The notes beneath the pieces are model-generated. The model saw nothing but the letters and a program-made list of their open reading frames with translations, searched no databases and was not told the DNA's origin. The translations under genes and the position numbers were made by a program. A stretch of 26,233 bases of DNA, from NCBI GenBank assembly GCA_043803405.1, contig JAZDKB010000037.1, positions 1 through 26,233 on the forward strand, in the 5' to 3' direction. This document shows positions 1 through 6,500 of the stretch, in pieces. Positions within the stretch are counted from its first letter, which is position 1. The number at the start of each line of letters is the position of its first letter. The DNA is from Spirochaetota bacterium (GTDB taxonomy: Bacteria; Spirochaetota; UBA4802; JAFGDQ01).

Positions 1-921
1 GCAATTATATGCCCAACCTATCCCATAGGGATAACGTGGATAAGGGCTTTCACTGCTCTCACCTGTTGCTCTGGCTGCAATATTCATTATCCTTATATCA
101 CTACAGTTATAAAAATGTATCGTAGCCCAATCACTATTAACGGCTGTTGTATGTATTATAGGCTTAACCAATGAAGGACTTGACGGATCACTGTAACCTC
201 CGATGATGATCGGCCCGGTTTTATCTGATATCGTGACTTGATTGGATATAGTAAATGTATCTCCGTTCCTGAATAGTATCCGCGTATTGGGCTGAACATG
301 TGAACCTGTAAGAGAACGATGCGGAGTAAGGAACGGATCATTCATTGTTAATCCTGTATTGGAATCGGATCCGTTGGCAGCCACATAATAAGTTGTCCCG
401 CTAAACGCAGAAACTGCAATAGCTATATTTATTGAGCCCGCATTGCCGGAAGCATCGTAAACATTCAGCTGAACCCTGTATGTGCCGGGATCCTCAAACA
501 CATGTGCGGCTACAAATCCGCTCGCCCTTTCATATTTCCCGTCAGGATCATTGTTATCCGCGTCAAAATTCCAGGAAAAAGTCGCATCCATATAGTCTGC
601 GTTATCTGCGAAGAAATTAGTTGAAGTTAATCCCGTAGTGCCTGTAGCGTCAAAAAATACAGATAAAGGAGCAAGTCCGCTTACCCTGGAAGTATTTACC
701 GATATAACAATCGAACCATCGCCGCTTGCCGGAGGTTCATTGGGAATTTCAGGTGAAGCGCTGGGTGCGGTGGGATCCATACCGGCAGTATTACCTTCGG
801 CGGACAAATCCTCAGGATTCATCGCGCAATTTGATAATAATACCGGGCAGGCAATAATAAGCACGAAAACCATCGCCATTCTTATTTTACTATCTTTCAA
901 CACTTGAAAAAGATTATTCAT
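1..921 (-). CDS. Lipoprotein with PKD domain and start of a right-handed beta-helix (pectate lyase-like) domain; partial, runs off the window's left edge
   Basis: Translated by hand from ATG at 921, which is preceded by an AAGGAG SD; open for 307 codons to base 1. MNNLFQVLKDSKIRMAMVFVLIIACPVLLSNC gives a lipobox-like Cys, followed by a Pro/Ser linker. PKD motifs: SGLAPLSVFFDA, FSWNFD, AAHVFEDPGTYRVQLNV. Then TYYVAANGSDSNTG and RILFRNGDTF, typical openers of beta-helix carbohydrate enzymes. Not in the ORF track because the stop lies outside the window. Confidence 0.85.
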   Translation of the reverse strand, partial: MNNLFQVLKDSKIRMAMVFVLIIACPVLLSNCAMNPEDLSAEGNTAGMDPTAPSASPEIPNEPPASGDGSIVISVNTSRVSGLAPLSVFFDATGTTGLTSTNFFADNADYMDATFSWNFDADNNDPDGKYERASGFVAAHVFEDPGTYRVQLNVYDASGNAGSINIAIAVSAFSGTTYYVAANGSDSNTGLTMNDPFLTPHRSLTGSHVQPNTRILFRNGDTFTISNQVTISDKTGPIIIGGYSDPSSPSLVKPIIHTTAVNSDWATIHFYNCSDIRIMNIAARATGESSESPYPRYPYGIGWAYNC

Positions 922-1145
922 AGTTAATTCTCCTTTAAATAATCTGCTTCAAGTTTTTTCCTGCCTCCTTGTGTGGAAATTCACGATCTGATTTGAATTA
1001 GCCGGCAATACACCCGGGACATATACTAAGGCAATATTAAAATTAAAATAAGCGGCACAAAGCGTTTTTACAAATCAGCTCTCAAAAAACACATGTCTGA
1101 AATCCTGTTGAGTTAGTATGTCATTCGTCAAATCGCGAAAAATCT

Positions 1146-1165
1146 CTTCAAGTTGCAGCTTGAAG
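1146..1165. repeat. Near-perfect 20-bp palindrome CTTCAAG-TTGCAG-CTTGAAG
   Basis: 7-bp arms are exact reverse complements and the central TGCA is self-complementary; lies in the divergent intergenic region. Confidence 0.6.
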
Positions 1166-1167
1166 CA

Positions 1168-1196
1168 ATTTATTTTTTCAATTTGAAAAAATAAAT
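1168..1196. repeat. Perfect 14-1-14 inverted repeat ATTTATTTTTTCAA-T-TTGAAAAAATAAAT
   Basis: Arms 1168-1181 and 1183-1196 are exact reverse complements; function unknown (operator or hairpin). Confidence 0.7.
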
Positions 1197-1348
1197 CAAA
1201 GGAATATACAAAAAAATTTCCGAATCGTCAATTGCCAGAGTAAAAAAAGTTTAAAATTTAATTTTTTTCTATATGATATTAAAGCTTATTTTTTTAAAAA
1301 TGTATAAAAACAAGAATAATGGTTGAAAGTTTTAAAAGCATTATAAAA

Positions 1349-1366
1349 CCAGTTAATGATAACTGG
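1349..1366. repeat. 7-4-7 inverted repeat CCAGTTA-ATGA-TAACTGG
   Basis: Exact reverse-complement arms; candidate operator. Confidence 0.45.
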
Positions 1367-1455
1367 CATAAAAAGAGCGAACAAATCTATTGGATTTCCT
1401 TAAATTTTATTTAGAATCAACCGGCAGAAATACTGGAAAAGCTCGACTATAAGAA

Positions 1456-1502
1456 TTGACAAAAAGAGAAAACCAATATATTTATGTCAATCTTATTGAC
1501 AT
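1456..1502 (+). promoter_or_regulatory. Candidate sigma70 promoter for the GT2/NRPS operon with an overlapping operator-like palindrome
   Basis: TTGACA 1456-1461, 17-nt spacer, TATTTA 1479-1484. Perfect 8-3-8 inverted repeat ATGTCAAT-CTT-ATTGACAT at 1484-1502 over the putative +1. Confidence 0.45.
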
Positions 1503-1589
1503 CCGGTTTCATTGCGCGAATCAATAACTGTTTGACCTCTTTTGGTTATTACAATTTAATTAAATGTATAAAAAAAATTGATTTAAAAA

Positions 1590-2582
1590 ATGTCTTTATT
1601 AAATAAAATAGGTGTTGTAATTATCGGCCGCAATGAAGGAAAACGTCTGGTTGAATGTTTTCATTCGATTATCGGAAAAGTGAATCGGATTGTATACGTA
1701 GATTCCGGTTCCACCGATAACAGTGTTGAGAACGCACGTCAGTTGAACATTGAAGTAGTAGAACTTGATATGACAATGCCTTTTACTGCTGCCAGGGGAA
1801 GAAACGCGGGTCTTAAAAAGCTGAAGGTATTAAAACCCGTACCTGAATTTGTTCAATTTGTAGACGGTGACTGCAAAATATCAAATGGATGGTTTGAAGC
1901 CGCTTTGAAAACAATCAAGAGTCATAAGAATATTGCAGCGGTTTACGGCAGAAGAAGAGAAGAATTCCCTGATAAAACTCCTTATAACCGGATTGTGGAT
2001 ATGGAATGGGAAAATTCCGTGGGTGAATCCGATGCATGCGGCGGTGATGCGCTGATGAAGATGAAAGCGCTGGATGAAGTGGGAGGTTATAATGCCTCCC
2101 TTATTGCAGGAGAAGAACCGGAAATGTGTCTTCGTATGCGAAGAAAAGGATGGAAGATTTTAAGCATAGGGCATGAGATGACTTTGCATGATGCGAATAT
2201 CACACGATTCGGACAATTGTGGAAACGAAGCATACGTTGCGGACATGCATATTTGGATGGATTTTTAATGTATGGAACATCGGATGACCGGTATAGAAAA
2301 AAACAGGTATTATCTGTCTTTTTCTGGTCACTCTGCATTCCTTTTTTATCAATCGGGCTGATACCAATATCCAAAGGATGGAGTTTGATTCTGATGTTTA
2401 GCTATGGATTGCTCTGGTATCGGATCAGAAAATGGCGCATCGGGATGAGTAATACTTCTATTCATGCATCACAATACGCGGCTTTCTATACCATAGCAAA
2501 ATTCGCAGAACTTCAGGGAATGATACAAAATATATTTAATAGAATTATTAAAAAGAAAACTGAAATTATAGAATATAAATAA
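1590..2582 (+). CDS. Family 2 glycosyltransferase with C-terminal membrane helices
   Basis: VVIIGRNEG start, VYVDSGSTD, ARGRNAG, DxD (FVDGD), GEEPE acidic motif, hydrophobic C-terminal segments. Confidence 0.92.
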   Translation: MSLLNKIGVVIIGRNEGKRLVECFHSIIGKVNRIVYVDSGSTDNSVENARQLNIEVVELDMTMPFTAARGRNAGLKKLKVLKPVPEFVQFVDGDCKISNGWFEAALKTIKSHKNIAAVYGRRREEFPDKTPYNRIVDMEWENSVGESDACGGDALMKMKALDEVGGYNASLIAGEEPEMCLRMRRKGWKILSIGHEMTLHDANITRFGQLWKRSIRCGHAYLDGFLMYGTSDDRYRKKQVLSVFFWSLCIPFLSIGLIPISKGWSLILMFSYGLLWYRIRKWRIGMSNTSIHASQYAAFYTIAKFAELQGMIQNIFNRIIKKKTEIIEYK

Positions 2583-2598
2583 AACAGTCCTGAAGCTA

Positions 2599-3507
2599 AT
2601 GAAAGAAATTTGCATTATAACAATAACATATAATTCAAAAAATTATATCGGTGAGGCGTTCCGAACATTGGAAATTCCATGTAAAAGTGGAATTATTGAA
2701 TGGATTGTTGTGGATAATGCCAGCCAGGATGCTACTGCTGATTATATAAAAAAAGAGTTCCCCTGGATAACGGTAATAAAAAGCGAAGAAAACCTCGGAT
2801 TCGGCCGGGGCAATAATCTTGGTGTTCGGCATACTCAGGCGCCTTTTATTTTATTCTTAAATCCTGATGCTGTTATTGACCCGGAAGCTGTTCAGTGTAT
2901 GCTCACATTCATGAAAGAAAATCTTAAAGCAGGTATTACTGCTCCGGCAATTGTAGAACCGGAAGGTACTCTTCAACCATGGTTTTTATTTCCGACTCCG
3001 TTAAGAATATTTATTCAGTCAATCGGCCTGGATCGTATTTTTAAGCAATTGTTCTATATACATCCCGGTTCACCTCCCCGAAAGGTTGACTGTGTTGGTG
3101 GCGCTGTTTTTATGGTTCGGAGAAATGTTTTTGAATCATTGAATGGATTTGATCCGAAATTTTTTTTGTATTGGGAAGAAACGGATCTTTGTTTAAGGGC
3201 TGTTCTCGGCGGTTGGGAAATATGGACCATCGGTGAAGCTGTTGCACGGCATACCAACGCAGTAAGCGCGAAGACACATAATAAACCTATGTATGCCGGT
3301 TGCATTTCGGAACACTTTTTTCAGAGCCGTTATTATTATCTTCAAAAGCACTATGGAAAAATTTTGGCCGGCATTACAGAGGTCGGAGAGTTGATTTTAT
3401 TATTTTGCTATTCTTTGTTAGGCAGGTTGATAAATCGTTCATTTAAGAGTAAATTCAGAGAGCGCTTATCCGGAACTGTATTGCAACTGCCGAAAAATGC
3501 CAGATAA
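2599..3507 (+). CDS. Family 2 glycosyltransferase (WbbL/rhamnosyltransferase-like subgroup)
   Basis: ITITYNS, VVDNASQD, ENLGFGRGNN, FLNPDA, GFDPKFFLYWEETDLC are hallmark motifs of this GT2 subgroup. Confidence 0.92.
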   Translation: MKEICIITITYNSKNYIGEAFRTLEIPCKSGIIEWIVVDNASQDATADYIKKEFPWITVIKSEENLGFGRGNNLGVRHTQAPFILFLNPDAVIDPEAVQCMLTFMKENLKAGITAPAIVEPEGTLQPWFLFPTPLRIFIQSIGLDRIFKQLFYIHPGSPPRKVDCVGGAVFMVRRNVFESLNGFDPKFFLYWEETDLCLRAVLGGWEIWTIGEAVARHTNAVSAKTHNKPMYAGCISEHFFQSRYYYLQKHYGKILAGITEVGELILLFCYSLLGRLINRSFKSKFRERLSGTVLQLPKNAR

Positions 3508-3552
3508 AACTGAATTCGAAATAATATACAATAATAAATAATTAAAAGTTAC

Positions 3553-6500
3553 ATGACAAATACATCAACATCTATTTTAAATTCATCCGAAGGAAACACC
3601 TACAGGCAAATCCAGGCTTCCAGGCAGCAGCAGCAGATATGGATGCTTAATCAATTATATCCGGATAATCCTGCATACAACTTATCAGCCGCTTTCAGAA
3701 TAAAAGGTAAATTAAATATTGAAGCATTAAATAAAAGTTATTTTGAAGCAGTGAATTCATACGAAATTTTTCATACAAGTTTCCAAATGGACAGAGGGGA
3801 ACTGAAGCAGATCGTTACAGGTATTGAAAACATCGCCATTTTAAATGAGGAGTTCGGAGCCGAGAACAATACACGCCGGGAGGAATCCATCAATCAATAT
3901 ATTCTGGAACGTGTCTCGGCACCTTTTGATCATGAAAAAGCGCCGCTCATTAAAGCCTTTTTATTACACATCACAAACGACGATCACCTGTTTTTACTTG
4001 TTTCCCATCAAATAGTGGCAGACTATGCCAGTATGAATTATCTACTGCAATACATATCAGAACAATACTCAATATTTTCCAATGGATTAACTGTAACGGA
4101 TCCGTTAAAACCGAAGCAGTATTCTGATTATGTTAACTATCAGAATCAGCAAATCGATGAGGGTTCTTATGCTGAGAAACTCAACTATTGGAAAAATACC
4201 GTATTAAATCCAAATGGCTTTCTTGACATCCCTGTTTCATGTACCAGGCCATCGATTCAGACTTTCGAAGGAAAAAAGCATGAGTATAATTTTCCTGAAA
4301 ATCTCTCAGATAGTATTAATAAGTTAGCGCGTGAAATGGGTATTTCAGTTGAAGCGGTTTTTTTAGGATTATTTCAAATTCTTCTTTTTCGCTATACGGG
4401 CAATGGAGGTTTCTCGATCGGGTTTCCTTTCTTAAATAGAAATACTGATAAATTTAATGATCTGCTGGGTCCACTTGAAAATATTCTGCCTTTTACCAGT
4501 AACATTTCAGATTCACTGGCATTAAGAAACGCATTGCTCCGGACTCAAAAAGCACTGCAAGAAGCATCCAATCATCAGGATGTGACCTTTGATTCGATTG
4601 TGGAGATCATTAAGCCATTGCATGATCCTGGTTATAATCCCATATATCAGGTTGGATTCCGATTTTTTAAATCTCCACGCCTGGTGCTGAACAATCTTGA
4701 AATAATTCAACATGATTGTTTTAATAAGACATCCTTTATTGATTTGTTTTTTAATATCATTGATGATAAAGGAAAGTATAAATTACGGATTGTCTATAAT
4801 CCCGGGCTGTTTGATGCATCGGCAGTTGCCGCTTTCGTAGAGCAATATGAGGTTTTACTTGCTAATGCGTTAGAATCGAAAGAAACTCCGATATCGCTGC
4901 TCAATTTGCTCCCGGAAGCCGATAAACATAAACAGTTGATTGATTGGAACAATACAAAGCGGCCGTTTCCAAAGCACCGGAAAATACATGAATTTTTTGA
5001 ATACCAGGCTTCATTGAATCCGGACAGTATTGCGGTAGAATTTGAAAAGAATAAACTGACATACAGGGAATTGGACCAACGCGCGAATCAATTGGCGCAT
5101 TTTTTACAGAAATATAAAGTGGCCCCGAATGTTTTAGTAGGAGTATGCCTGGAGCGGTCATGTGAAATGATGATTGCTTTGCTGGGTGTCTTAAAAGCCG
5201 GCGGCGGATACATTCCGATGGATCCTGAATATCCAAAAGACCGGATCGCTTATATTGCAGAAAATTCAAATGCGCCGGTATTGATTACACAACAATCCCT
5301 GTTGTCTTTTTTACCTGAAACCGATGCATCAACTGTTTGCATAGACAGAGACTGGCAGGAGATTGAAACTTATCCGGTTGATAAATTCCCGGACAATGCG
5401 GAACCTGATAATGTAGCGTATGTTATTTATACTTCCGGTTCAACAGGCAGGCCGAAAGGCGTTCAGATCCCACATGGAGCTGTTTCGAACCTGATGGCCA
5501 GTATGGCAAAAGAACCGGGAATGAATAAGAATGATGTTCTCGTTTGCGTTACAACATATTCCTTTGATTTATCAGTTCCGGATTTATATTTACCGCTTTA
5601 TACCGGAGCCAGGACAGTATTTGTTAAGCGTGAAATTGCCGCAGATGGTCCTCAGTTAGCTAAAATTTTAAAAGAGACTAAAGCAACCTTCATGCAGGCC
5701 ACTCCTTCTACATGGACGCTGTTACTGGATTCAGGATGGGAGGGTTCAAAAGAGCTGACGGCTTTGTGCGGCGGAGAAGCCTGGCCGGCAAATCTTGCCG
5801 GGATCCTGGTTCCCCGCGTCAAAGCATTATGGAATATGTACGGTCCGACGGAAACAACGGTATGGTCGACATGTTATCATATATCAAATCCGGATTCACC
5901 TGTCCTGATCGGAAAGCCAATTGACAACACATCGGTTTATGTTCTTGATAAAAATCTGCAGTTGGTACCTATTGGAGTTCCGGGAGAGCTCTATATCGGA
6001 GGCCATGGAGTCTCACTGGGCTATCTGGGCCGTCCCGAACTTAATAAAAGCAGCTTTATTGAAAATCCGTTCAATATTGACGGACACCCAAGAATATATA
6101 AAACCGGAGATTCTGTCCGCTACAGACCGGACGGTAATCTTGAATATCTGAACCGGCTGGATAATCAGGTTAAAATTCGCGGCTTGCGAATTGAACTTGG
6201 TGAAATAGAATCTGTCCTTCTTAAATTTCCGAATATTAAACAAGGTGTGGTAATTGTCAGAGAGGATAATCCGGATGACAAGCGTCTGGTCGGCTACTTT
6301 GTCGCCAGTGATGGAAACAAAATCAGCGAGAAAGAGCTGCGTGAATTTTTAAAAAGTACGCTGGCCTCATATATGGTGCCCCATCATATTGTACAGCTTG
6401 ATGAACTGCCGAGAACGCCGAACGGGAAGGTGGATCGAAAAGCATTGCCGGTTCCTCAACAGATCATTGCTGATGAGAAACAACCATATAAAGATCCGAC

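Noticed and set aside
156..907. Short track ORFs 156-341, 432-620 and 638-907
   Set aside because: Shadows of the long - strand lipoprotein gene at 1-921.
925..1140. Riboswitch or leader peptide (AAGGAGG...TTG-AAG-CAG-ATT-ATT-TAA) upstream of the PKD gene
   Set aside because: No c-di-GMP or other aptamer consensus was recognised; the 5-codon uORF has suboptimal SD spacing and may be chance.
1364..1379. Sigma54 promoter TGGCATAAAAAGAGCG
   Set aside because: The GG-N10-GC spacing fits, but the TT before GC is missing and no activator gene is in the window.
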